This document shows positions 11,981 through 24,587 of a stretch of 64,000 nucleotides of DNA, piece by piece. The stretch is from Macrostomum lignano. Taxonomy: Eukaryota. The stretch lies in NCBI GenBank assembly GCA_002269645.1, contig NIVC01001597.1, forward strand, positions 279,981-343,980, written 5' to 3'. The translations under genes and the position numbers were made by a program. Under the pieces are notes generated by a model. The model had not been told where the DNA came from. It ran no database searches and saw only the letters and a list, made by a program, of their open reading frames with translations. Every line of letters starts with the position of its first letter. Position 1 is the stretch's first letter.

Positions 11981-12293
11981 AAATCTCAGATTAGATCAGA
12001 AGGCGGACAGAAAATTGAAGCCAGGCCAGCAGCTGCAGAAAGGCGACTCTAATAAGCCAATAAAAATTAATTTATTAGACAAAGAAAATTTTATGTCACA
12101 TTAAGAAAACTATTCTTAACAGATAAAAACTGATAACAAACGAGCTGGCGTAATGCGAGTGAATTGCACAATAACTTGATATAAACAAATAACAATAAAG
12201 ATACGAAAGACATTAATAATAAGACATTAATGTAAAAACAACAGAGTTGCCAAGCAAACTGCAAACTAATCCAGTGACATTTCTAGCAATCAA

Positions 12294-14694
12294 TCACACC
12301 AGCAGCTGACGGGTGAGCAGACTTTTCCTTTGTTCTCTAAACTGATCGCCCACCTCGAAATCTTCTCTGCTGACTGAGTCATCGCCAGATTGGTCAGCCG
12401 GAGATGAAGGAAGCTGAGAAAATCGCTGCTGCTGCTGCTGCTGAGATGCCTCGTTTGAGCTGACGGATCTGCCAGTCGGGCCGAGCTGACATTCAAAGTT
12501 ATTATCAAATGGCTCGTTAATGGGGATATTCGATGAGAACGGGATATCACTAAATAGGGATATTTAAGAATGAGATATCTGTAAATGGCAATATTTGAGG
12601 AGAATGGGATACATGAGATACCGGTAAATAGGGATAATTGAGAACGGGATATCGGTAAATGAGGATATTTGAGAATGGGATATCGGTAAATGAGGATATT
12701 TGAGAATGGGATATCGGTAAATGAGGATATTTGAGAATGGGATATCGGTAAATGAGGATATTTGAGAATGGGATATCGGTAAATGAGGATATTTGAGAAT
12801 GGGATATCGGTAAATGAGGATATTTGAGAATGTGATATCGGTAAATGGGGATATTTGAGAATGGGATATCGGAAAATGGGGATATTTGAGAATGGGATAT
12901 CAGTAAGTGGGGATATTTGATGACAATGAGATATTGGTAAATGGGGATATTTGAGAAAGGGATATCAGTAAGTGGGGGATATTTGAGAATGTGATATCGG
13001 TAAATGGGGATATTTGAGAATGGGATATCAGTAAGTGGGGTATTTGAGAATGGGATATCGGTAAATGGGGATATTTGAGAATGGGATATCGGTAAATGGG
13101 GATATTTGAGAATGGGATATCAGTAAATGGGGGATGTTTGAGAATGAGATATCGGTAAATGGGGACATTTGAGAATGGGATATCAGTAAATGGGGGATAT
13201 TTGAGAATGGGATATCAGTAAGTGGGGGTATTTGAGAATGGGATATCGGTAAATGGGGGATATTTGAGAATGAGATATCGGTAAATGGGGATATTTGAGA
13301 ATGGGATATCGGTAAATGGGGATATTTGAGAATGGGATATCAGTAAATGGGGGATATTTGAGAATGGGATATCAGTAAGTGGGGGTATTTGAGAATGGGA
13401 TATCGGTAAATGGGGGATATTTGATGAGAATGAGATATTGGTAAATGGGGATATTTGAGAATGGGATATCGGTAGATGGGGGATATTTGAGAATGGGATA
13501 GCAGTAAGTGGGGGGTATTTGAGCAGAATAGGACATCCGAAAAATGCTTACAGTGAGTGAGTTATAGCTAGCCGACTCGTCCAGTTCGCTGATTGAGCCA
13601 ACACCGCCGCGGTTGCGCAGGGCTCGCAGGAACAAACCGGCCACTTGAAAAACGTTCTTACCAACGCAATGGTCACAGAGGACGCAGGCCAATAGCAGGC
13701 CCCAGCACAGTAGCACAGTCAGGCCACTGAGCGCTTGCAGAGCGGTAAGCAGCTGCCTTGGTTGCGGCTGAGTCCATGACACCGCCAGCGGCGGCAGAGC
13801 GACTGAGTGCAGCAGCAGACACAGCAGGCAGTGGCAGCGGTACATGCGCAGCTGATGGGGGGCCGAATTCGGGGACATTGCGTACTTTGCTTTAATTCCC
13901 CTAACAGCAGATGTCTAGCTGCCTTTGTTAGAAAATTTATATAAGAAAAAACTCACAGCAATGGTTCTCGAGGTTCGCGCATAGCTCAAAGCCAATATAC
14001 TTAATAGTAACATCTGAAGTAGAAGAGAAACAGATTCAGGTTCTGCCCACTCCGCGACTTTGGGGCGAGTGTTGTGACTTGTGAGTTGTGGATCGTAAGT
14101 CGCGAAAAAGTCGTCATAGAGTGGTTGTGTTAGGGCTTACTCGCTTCTGCTAACTCAAGTAGACTAAATAGAGTTGTTAAAAAATTGTCAAAATTCCTTG
14201 CATTGCCCCAATTTTGGTGCTCAAGCCCCCAATGAATGTGGAATCCCAAGAGAAGTTCAATTTGTGAGCGGCCTGCCTACTCCAAGTAACTCAAGACAAT
14301 CCGAATAAGCAGGTCTTATTCAACCTACCAAAATTGCGCACCACAATGGGAAGCCAAAGGCGCCTGACACATCAAACGCTGACCAATTAACGTTAACTGC
14401 AGTCGTATTAGCCTCACTAATCCGATTTAGTTGGTTAAAACTATTAGCCCGAATGGCAACGCTGGCAGACCAGAAGCTGAAGCCAATCAGAGCCAAACAC
14501 AGCTGCATCCAGCCTAGCAATGGAGGCACCCGCGATCCAACCCGAGACCCGATTATCAATAAGCTGTCATCGTCAATATCGCAGTCACCGCTATTGCTGG
14601 AACTGCGCCATAGCCGGTATGGCTGGTGCGACGACTGCTGCTGAGATGGCAGCTCGTGAACAGGCAAAAACAGGACATCCTCCGGCTGATGCTC
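12294..14694 (-). CDS. Four-transmembrane protein, MS4A/CD20-like topology, about 306 aa, at least 3 exons; 5' start not found
   Basis: Exons 14694-14329, 13914-13552 and 12485-12294 join in phase 0 with GT-AG sites (TTG|GTAGGT, CTAG|ACA, ACT|GTAAGC, GTCAG|CTC). Four hydrophobic segments (LLGWMQLCLALIGFSFW; GAFGFPLWCAILTSAVRGI; CLLCLLLHSVALPPLAVSW; LLTALQALSGLTVLLCWGLLLAC) and a polar Q-rich tail. The family call is tentative. Confidence 0.7.
12521..13522. repeat. About 31-bp minisatellite (GAGAATGGGATATCGGTAAATGGGGATATTT) filling an intron of the 4-TM gene
   Basis: About 32 units inside the 12486-13551 intron. Confidence 0.96.
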
Positions 14695-15169
14695 CTGAAA
14701 ATTCCAAATCTAAAAATCATTTCCAGCCAAAACAAAATGCAAACAAAGATGTAAAAGCACCTGAAAATTTTATAACCAAACTCAGTTTTTTTTTTAATTC
14801 CAGATATTTGAAAAGGCTCAAGATTCAATAGCAAGAGTCAAGATTCAAGATGAGACTAGGTTTTGGTAGATAGAATTAGAAATATATATATACAACAAGC
14901 TGTTGAAACCCGCGGATTTTGAGCCCAGGGAATTCCAATCCCGAAACTATTTTTGCATGTATTCTGAAATCTGAGGCCATACTCAAACAAAAACTTGTTA
15001 ATAGTTAGTAGGATAGAGGTAAACATGAAATGGAGTACAATCGTGTAAAATTAGGGTTTGAGGCAAACATTTGCTATTGTTGGCTCGGCTGGGGTGCTGC
15101 GCAGAATGTCAGACAATGGCAAACTCTGGCCTCTGTCTCTGACTCTCCCTACGTCCCTTGGATCCATTG

Positions 15170-15450
15170 CAACTTCTGTCTTCTTTTCTGTTCCCTCTTT
15201 TCTCTCTCGTCCCTCGTCTCTCCTCTCTTTTCTCTCGTCTCTGCTCTCTCATCTCTCCTTTCTTCTCTTTTATCTCTTCTCATTTATCTCTGCTCTCTAC
15301 TCTCTTTTTTCTCTCCCCTCTTCTCACTCCTCACTCTCCGCTCTCTCAACACTTCCCTCATCTCTCCTCTCTCTTTTTTCTTATCCTTTTCTCGCCTCTC
15401 ATTTCTTTTCTAATCGTTTATTCTATTCCTCTTCTTTCCACTCTCATCTG
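15170..15450. repeat. CT-rich low-complexity tract
   Basis: Almost purely pyrimidine on the plus strand. It produces the L/S/F-rich spurious ORFs at 15030-15565. Confidence 0.9.
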
Positions 15451-16931
15451 CCCCTCAACTATGAGCTGCATTCTTTGGAGATCTGGAGGTAAAAAGTCTG
15501 CCCATCCCTGCTTGGAAAGCCAGTTTGTGGGACGTAGTACTCTCATGATTTTTCTCATGCTTTGATCACGTCATCTTTCTGGCCAATTTGCAATCCTGAA
15601 AGGAATGTGTGTGTATCTTCAGCCCCACTGCAGTCATCAGTCTAACAACCAAGGAAATACGCATTTCTTAGGCCATTTAAATTTTCAAGAAGAAGAAACT
15701 TAAATTTTCCATGGTGTGATTAATTTAGTAAGATTTCATAAATTTCATAAATTGCTTTTTCATAAATCTTTCGCTTTTACAAACCATGCTGGATTGGATT
15801 GCCTTGATTTGGCATCCACTGTTAAACTGCATGGCTGCTAAACGTAGCCTCTCCACTCGCGGGGTGCAGAGAGGGCTTTAAAAATTTATTCCAAAACACT
15901 GTACATTTGCTATGTACACTGAGCCCTATCGCCTGACCCTTGGTCTGGGCTGGGGGGATTCGGGGGAATGAGTGAGTGAGTGGCACAAACAACAAAAAGC
16001 AGACAAACTTCACATGCTTACAGTTTCTGTTCTGATTGAGTTACAGAGTTGAAACTTTACATTAAGACAGAGACAGTCAATGAAAAATTGTGTCAAGTTT
16101 TAAGTCAATTGCTTTATGTGGACCAAACTTATGGAAGCTGAAAGTTAGTCAATTTTAAAACCCCTTTTACACATCTGGGCCCAGATCGGGAAAGAGAGGC
16201 AGGCGGGTGGAGGTTGGGGTGGCTGTCTTGTTGACAAAAAACAGCCTACCTTTAAAGTGCACAGCGCCATTCAGGACTTATTTTGAGACTCAACATTTTA
16301 CATGATTGTGTCAAAATAGTTGAAGATTGTCCGTGTCAAATTTGAAGAGGATCGGTGGAAGTGGGCTGGCGCTATGGAGGATTTAGTGAAAAAATTGCGC
16401 ATTTATAGCAGTTTTTGCACTTTTAGATACTTTTAGATCTTGCTAATCTTAAGTAAGTGATATGAAACCTTGCTAAAATGGTAAAGTGTCATTTTATTTA
16501 ATTTTACTTATTTACTATTAGAGTTGTGATCTTTTGTATTAGTTAAATTGGCCAATTTTTTAAACATTTCTCCATGCTTTTTTGGTAGGCATTTCATGAG
16601 GGGAATCCTTTATATATAGTATTCTGTTGAATATTCTAGGACAAATTCAAAACAACCTACACAAAAACAAAACAAATTTTTTTTTGAATATATAATTCTT
16701 TTGATGGAATTTTTTCAGTATATGAATTATAAATTTTAAAATAACTAAAAAGTACAAATATTATAAAGTGTCTCCTGCCACAAAAATGATCAATTTACCC
16801 AAATCTTCCATTTTTCATTAAAGATAAACTGTCTGTCATCCTTATTAGAATAAGTCTTCATTTTTGCATCTAGTAACCTAAGAAAATGTAACAGGTACAA
16901 ACTTGGGCAGATGTATATATGCAAAGGCACA

Positions 16932-16934
<3 letters not shown>

Positions 16935-16969
<35 letters not shown>
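16935..16969. repeat. (AT)n microsatellite
   Basis: Read directly. Confidence 0.95.
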
Positions 16970-16974
<5 letters not shown>

Positions 16975-17320
16975 GCATATATGCATGTGCATGCACACAT
17001 AAGCTAATGACCTATGTGCACAAATGAGTGTATGTTTATATAAGGAATATATTGCGCATTATATTGATAATTTAGTTATTCATTATATTTTTCAACTATT
17101 AGGCTTAGTTTTACTAATAATAATGATGAAAACAATCAATTATACTTGTCCTAATTGAGCCAGATGTGCAACTGACAGCTTAGCTACAGCTATTATATGG
17201 CAAATCTGAAGGCTGTATATAGTTATTTAGTCAAGGACTAGGGCTAGGGGGTTTAGTCAAGGACTAGGGCTAGGAACTTTTAATTATCCTAGCTAATACT
17301 AATACCTATTTTATAGCTAA

Positions 17321-17367
17321 GTGAACTGAAGCAATATAGAGTTAAGCATCTTGCTCAAAAACACAAT
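17321..17367 (-). mobile_element. Degenerate fragment of the same CORE-type SINE as 411-529
   Basis: GTGAACTGAAGCAAT..AGAGTTAAG..TCT.GCT.AA..ACACAA is shared with 420-466. Confidence 0.5.
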
Positions 17368-17640
17368 TGTTTTTGTTTTAGTAGGATAGGATCCTAAATT
17401 GAATTTCCTAACTTTCAAGTTTAGGATTGTATATAATAATATATGTTGCAAAGAAATCTGCTAAGCTAATAATTATGTATGCCAATAGACTTATATTGCA
17501 TGCAAGAATATACCAAGACAAAAACAAAAACAAGAACCTAAATTTTAAACTTGCAATACAAACAATAAATATATGCAAAAATAAATTAATAAAAACTGGC
17601 CCAATATTTTATTTAACTATAAAGAACCACTTTTTGTAAT

Positions 17641-17907
17641 CATACATGCGCAACTGCTGGCCGATCTGGCCACCGTAAATTGTGGTGGACCAGGGGTAAG
17701 TCGCAAAAATGCCCACCCCAAAGAATACAGACATAGTACTAATTAGATGACGAGGCATTTAGCGCTTATAAGAGAGTCATAGTTACTCCGGCTGTTTACC
17801 CAAAATTGCATTAATGTTGCTCTAGGTTTCTTTCACAGGTAAGTTGCATTTTTGGTCAAAAAGTAAGTCGCATGGCCAGTGTAAATCAGGAGGGTTGCGC
17901 ATGTATG
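17641..17907. mobile_element. 267-bp MITE with 14-bp TIRs and 8-bp TSD (hAT- or P-like)
   Basis: Perfect TIR CATACATGCGCAAC (17641-17654) / GTTGCGCATGTATG (17894-17907). TSD TTTGTAAT at 17633-17640 and 17908-17915. Confidence 0.85.
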
Positions 17908-18076
17908 TTTGTAATATAATTAGGCCTATTTTTGCTACCAAGAAATACCAATGCCAGGCTTCTCTATATGCTTATTTGTATACCAAGGTCCTATGATATG
18001 CCTAATGCTAGATCATTCTATTTTATATACCAATTTTTTATGTATATATAATCCTTAGTCTGGTCTGGGTTGTAAG

Positions 18077-19398
18077 CAGTGTTGGGCAAAGTTCCGGCAC
18101 TTCCGGCACTTTTAGTACCGGAAGTTACTTTTTCTTTAAAGCGGCACTTTTTTCTAGTTCTTTTTTTTAGAATGCCGGACTTCGGTAATGGAAGTTACTT
18201 TTTGATAAGTCCGGTCCTCCGGTACTTGAACATGAATTTTTTGGTGCTAAACAGTCAATTTAATGCTAAATATTTCCCAAAAGCGCAAAACTTTCACCAA
18301 AATGCTCGCAGTACAGTTATAAAAGGTAAAAGATGATCCTAGATCATGTGGTTTTTAATTTTCAAGTTAAAGGACATTTTAAGCATTATATACAATCAGA
18401 ATGAAGTATGTGTAGTTAATGGCAACTACTAATGCGGAAACAAGATACATTCAAAACAATAAACATCCTTGTTTAACAACTCCTTGCAAGTTTTCTAACA
18501 AGCAATAACTACACGTAACAGTACATCAGGATGCTATTAACACTCGTGATTCGTGGAACATTTTTTGAAGGCCGATTTCTTCATTTCGATGTTTGTGCAG
18601 GAAGACACAAGTAATGCATTCTAAGAAGCTGGTTTTAAGTTTTAAATTTTTTGAGGCTAATTTTAATTTTTTGATTGCAGCGCAAAGGCACTATTTAATC
18701 AAGCTATTTTAAAGTCTTGTACATTGGTTCATCTATCAAATTCCAGCCATTTGTTGTTCAACATCTTCTTTTTTAATTGTTAACTGGCATTTCTTAGGCT
18801 GCCAGAATATTATTTTTGACTATAAATGATCCAGCGGTACAAAAGTACTTACACTACTGTAAAAGTATGCTGCCGTAAAACTATAGCACAATCTATAGTA
18901 GGGCGACGAGAATGGCCCACACAAACTAAAAGTCGCCTTAAGTATTCTACACTGATCATTGTGACACATCTATTGGACAAAAATTACTTCTCAAGAGTCA
19001 GAATCAACATTTGAAAATCGGCCTCCAATTTTTTTCTGCGAATCGCGAGTGATTCATCCTGATGTACTCCTAATCTTTTTTGTAAAGGTGTTGTATATTC
19101 ACTCAAATTTTGGATGCGATAATAACAAAAAACATTATGTAGCATCTTTATTTGAGGAATAACATCGTGTTTAACTCAAGACCAACACATTTTTTGTTTT
19201 TCTCACGAAGACATGTTTAGGCGTAAGTACTTTTTAATTGGCGGTTATTTAAAATTAGAAAGGACCGGTAACGGAAGTACCGGAAGTTACTTTTTTTAAA
19301 AAGTACTGGTACCAGAACAAGTGTTAGAAGTTACTTTCCTTGGAACTGGAAGTTACTTCACCGGAAGTTACTTTTTCAGAGTAACTTGCCCAACACTG
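18077..19398. mobile_element. Non-autonomous hAT DNA transposon, 1322 bp
   Basis: TIR CAGTGTTGGGCAA / TTGCCCAACACTG. 8-bp TSD GTTGTAAG at 18069-18076 and 19399-19406. Repeated subterminal CCGGAAGTTACT motifs. No transposase ORF. Confidence 0.92.
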
Positions 19399-20632
19399 GT
19401 TGTAAGCCCAATATTCTAACAAACTAGGCCTATTAAGCTACAACATCTTATTTACAATGTACTTCAAGTAAGATTGAAGGTCTGCTGGATCTAAAGATCT
19501 TTGTTAATTATTTTTCAAATATTAAATTCCTTTACTGGCTTTAGAATAAAGCAATTTCCTAACCAAAATAGGCCTATATGCTATAGTTTGGAAGGCAACA
19601 TGTATGCTAAGATAGGATTTCCTGGCAAACAACAAAGGTTTTACTATTTTTCAGTATATATCAGGGTATATCCAAACATACATGATATAGTAGATAGATA
19701 CACTGAATTTGCATTTTTGAATTGGCATATAAACCTAGCATACAAATGATGTCGTGTCATTTTTTTAGCATTAAACCTAGCATACACTAATAAATACACA
19801 ATCCAAACAATGGCTTATATACCTTATAGTTTGGAAGGCAATATGTATACTGGGACTTCACAGCATACAATAAGGCCATAAGGGTAGAGGGTACTTGTCA
19901 TTTTTCAATGTATATTAGCATATATTCTAGCATACATGACATAATAGAAAATTTTCAGCTCATATCTATGGTATACCTGTGTAGATAGATGTTAGGATCC
20001 AATAAAGTGATTTTATAGCCTATAGGCCTAAATTATGCTATATGCAATGCTGCAATGCAACATTGTCAACAAGGTACAAGGAATAAAAAACTTTACCTCA
20101 TGCCTAAAAATTGCTTTTCCTTAATTTTTAACAAATAGGCCCCCTATAAAAAGTATTTAAAGTAGGCCCCTAATTATAATTTTCCTCCCATGGCACTGGA
20201 TCTAGTATACTGTGTATATAGGCTACACTAATACATGATCTAAACTATAGTATATAGGCCTACCATCAGAAAAAACTCTAATTGAATGGCATAAGTTTGG
20301 GGAAATTAGTTAAGCCTTCTTTGAAATCAATTATAGACACCTATACTAGATAACGATAGAATCATTTTATGATATGGATTTTTAGTATAGGTCCCCTTAT
20401 GGTCATATGGATACTCAGTGGCGCGTCCAGGGGGGCCTGCCCCCCCCCCAATTAGGCCACGGGCCCCTGGCACTCCACTTTCAGTTTTTTTCACTTTGGA
20501 TTTTCCTAAAAATAGTTTAAAAAACAGTTTTTTCTTTTTTACAATTTCAATTTTAGAAACAATATTTTTATACGAGCACTTGTAAGCTGTTGAAACCTGC
20601 GGATCTTTGTGGCAGTCGGGTTGCCACCTTGA

Positions 20633-23600
20633 GGGTGATTCTCATCGAGAGGTTTCGGAGGTTTTGAGGTTTTTCAGAGGTTTCATTTCGAACAAATATT
20701 TTTGCACAAAAATTTTAATACTGTACAAAAATTGAAATCTTACTGAAATTTACTAATGAATACAAATTTTCTTTAGAAAATAGCTCGGAGGTTTCAGATT
20801 CTTTTTAATTTTGCTTCTGATAGGCATGCGCGAAAATTATTTAACTGTTTTTGTGCGAAGTGGTAGTCTGACACATTTCATTTCATTTCATAAGCGCAAA
20901 GTTGCGAATCGTCACAAGTGTGTGTTGTTCCCTTTCAATGCATATTTGTAACTATCCTAATTTCTACTAGACCTGTCCATGTAATTAAATACAGACACTA
21001 TTTACCAATGCGAATTTAATATTGTTTTCTACTTGGTCTTAAGAAAGCTATCAATTTTTAAGCCAGACTTAAATTATGACTAACACTAACAAGACCAAGT
21101 CAGTATTTTTTTCATCAAATCAGTATCAGTCGCTATTTAATATAGATTGTTAGTCTAACTAACTAAAGGCCCTAAATATTTTACTAGGCATATTTAATGC
21201 AAAATGTATTATTTTTATTTCACTTATTTGATATTCTTTTTTTATTTTACATCCAAATTACTAAAAAATTATTTTTATTTGATATTATTTTACTATTTTT
21301 AAATCATCATCCTAAATCCTAACACACTATGCACAGGATAAAAATATTTATTACCTAAGACTAAGTCTCTAATCCTAGTGAATAATTCTCTTCACCAGGC
21401 TTTAAAAATGGCAATTTTTTTATTTGATTGCTCTACCACTACGTATAAATTTGAAAGCTCTAATGAACTGAAATTTTTACTTTTTAATTTTAATTATAAT
21501 TTAATAATAGCTATTTATATTCAGTTATAATTTAAGTTGATATAGGTGAGTACAATTTCTATTACTCTTATACATTAGTAACTTGCTTTAGTTTTTGTCT
21601 TTTTATGCAAATATTCAAAGTAAATAGTAGCTTGTACTTATGTATGCCTAGTTATCACATTTTTATTAAGTTTTTAATTTACTTTATAAGTGAATTGTTT
21701 TAATATTAAACCAATATACTCTCTTATCATTCACAGTAGTTATCATGCCAATGAAATGCATTGTGCCAACCATGTTGGGGAGAAGGTTATAAATCTTTAG
21801 ATTTTCTTATGATGTTAAGTACTTACACTACATCCATATACTAAAATGTAAGACTAACATTGTATTCCTTTATCAATCATGCCATCTTTCCTGAGCCCAT
21901 CAAACTATGGGAATTCGTGCAAAGCAATGGCCTACTAAAATACCATTGCACAAGATAATATGCTTCTAGAAGTCGATTAAATTAATCCACCAAGTGTCTT
22001 TCTTGACACCCCAAGGTCTTCACTACATTTGACTGCAACAAGTGAGTAAATTTTCTAAATGCTGTCTTTCCAATATACATGTTATGAGGATCAAGGGTAG
22101 CTGAAAGCAAAGGCCAATGGTTAGGGCAAGAGATGACATTCATACATGCTACATGGCTAGTGTCCCTAAATTCCTAATGGCGCGATTTTCAGCAAAAGTT
22201 ATGGCATGACCTTTCAGGGAAGTTCATTCCAATGATTAGACAGATAAAATTCCTCATTTCACTATTACCCATTACAGGACATTTTGGTGCAGCTCGACTT
22301 CAGCGTTGTTGCTCATCATTGCAGCACTCGAGTCCCATTGTCGCATTTTTGGGCTTCCAGCATCAACTGGTTCGATAGTCTCAATTGGAGGCCATGAAAA
22401 GCAATGTCAGGCATGCTGGTGCCAATCTTGGAGAGGAATTTGCAGCCCACCTGATTGCCCTGCGGGAATTGTGTCAAGGGAACTCACACCAAGCATTTTT
22501 GTCCAGCAGCAGCAGCAGCCGAGTGCTACTGATCCAAATGGAACTCACTACAACTGACATAATGCGACTGCCCGATTGCACTTTGCTGGCCGTAGCGGAA
22601 ACGGCGCACTGGAGAAGCATCGCCCATGTTCCTCACCCTACAATATTGAGGTCTCGATCACCTCAGTGGTCTTGACGATGTAGGATGCATCTTCATAGAC
22701 ATGTCATTGAACCTGGAGTGCTATGCTGCATCTCAAAAGGCTGGCTAACGTTTTTTCAAGGGTTTAGTGCGGCGAGACTCCAAGTCTGATAGATAACCCA
22801 ATGTCAGCCAGCGTGGAACTTGATACAAGCAAACGAGCTTCACGGTAGTTGCCAATTGGCCTTGCCTTATTTTTTTAGGCCTTACATTTTTAAAACATCG
22901 AACATTGCAAGAATGCATTTCAAAAACAAAGAAGGAACGTTTTGTATTTTCTCTATCAGTATGTATATTTATCTATACATTGCTGTTACATTACCTAAAT
23001 ACGCTATATTATAAATATTCTTTGAGAGTCAAATCAAAACAGTTTAAAAGTTCACATTTCAGATCTTTACATGAGAGAATATAAGTCTTTGCTTGTTATT
23101 TACTCAGATGAAAGTGAAGTTCTTAACTTTGGGAGTTAATACACATATTAAAGACGATGCCTGCAAAAACGAAGGCTGTAGTGCGTCAGCCAGCAAGCAG
23201 TTGAAGAACTTCAGTCACTCATCTCGAAGGCAGTGCGCAGTAGATTAGCCCCTAGGCTGTCGGTTGATGTCATCTGATTAGTAGCTAGAGCACAGCCATC
23301 TTCTGTATGCTGACAACCAAACCAATTGCCACCACAAAAGCAACCAGCCTGCCAAAGCTCTAAGGGTGGCGAGCTAGGTTGCACTGAGACGCAACATAAG
23401 TGGGTATAGGACATGGAATGCCATAATGCCTGTTATTAGATTAGACAAACATGAAGCATTGTTGGCCTGTACAGGCTCAGAATGCAGGCAGGAGACCAGG
23501 CAAGCGGTAGTTCAGGCATGGTATTGGCAGCTGAAACAAAGTATGTTGAAATAAAAGGTATTAATTATAATTACTTTTATCTATAACTTTTCATAAACAA

Positions 23601-24587
23601 TCAATTTCAAAAGTCAATAAACATAATGATTTTCCTATACATGTACATTTGTTCTTGCAATCTTTAAAGATGCCAATAATACATTTATATTGAAGAAATT
23701 ATGATATTTTTAAATAAACAATGTCAAAAATGTGTCCAATGTGACTTTTTAGTTTTAACTCTAGTAAAAATATTGGTATCGGCTATCTAGCTTATTGCTC
23801 AACATAGATTTTTAGCATCAAACAAAGGTGGTGCAATACATGTACAAAGTCTTACTGCAAGCATTTTGTTTGTATAAGAACTAAATCTAAGGTGTTAGAG
23901 CTTTTGTCAGCAGTAGCAGTTGTGCAACTAGTGTTATTTTTTGAGAGAAAAGCTAATAGCTTTTAGTAATTAAAATAAATTTTATGATTAAAAGTTAAAT
24001 GCTCTGCTTTAAGTAATAAAAATGCATACTTGTAATTCTAGGCCATCATATATTTATAAAAAAACATTGAGACAAGAATAATTCTTCTATTTACTTCTCT
24101 TAGGCAGTATGTATGCAGGTCGTCAATGTCATTACATAATTCGAATGCAAAATGGTATGCAGCACACTGCACTCAAAAGTAAAAACAGGAAATGGATGAA
24201 ACAGCTGTCTATTTGTTTTCAGTATATTTCAAGCAGCGCCTTCAAGTCGAATATTTTTTATTTTATTTTTGCACCTTGAATGTAAATGCCAATGGCAACG
24301 ATGACATTACCAGTGTGTTGTGTTGCGTGCAGTGTTTTTAAAAAAACTGCACTTTCAAGCATAAAATAGTTGCCTAAGTTAAATAATTTCCGCGCGTGCC
24401 TATCAGAAGAAAAATTAAAAATAATCCGAAACCTCCGAGCTATTTTCTAAAGAAAATTTGTATTCATTAGTAAATTTCAGTAAGATTTCAATTTTTGTAC
24501 AGTATTAAAATTTTTGTGCAAATATATTTCGAAATGAAACCTCTGAAAAACCTCAAAACCTCCGAAACCTCTCGATGAGAATCACCC
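20633..24587. mobile_element. Mutator-like (MULE) element, 3955 bp, no intact transposase
   Basis: About 210-bp near-perfect TIRs (20633-20846 vs 24377-24587) starting GGGTGATTC. 9-bp TSD CCACCTTGA at 20624-20632 and 24588-24596. Long TIRs with a 9-bp TSD are the Mutator signature. Confidence 0.9.

Noticed and set aside
910-13522. Regularly spaced 20-31 bp repeats resembling CRISPR arrays
   Set aside because: Units are contiguous with no unique spacers, there are no cas genes, and the context is eukaryotic introns. They are minisatellites.
15030-15565. Hydrophobic L/S/F-rich ORFs resembling membrane proteins
   Set aside because: Artefact of a CT-rich low-complexity tract.
20416-20480. Tiny CAGTGGCG...CCACT palindromic MITE remnant
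   Set aside because: Ends are imperfect and no TSD was found.
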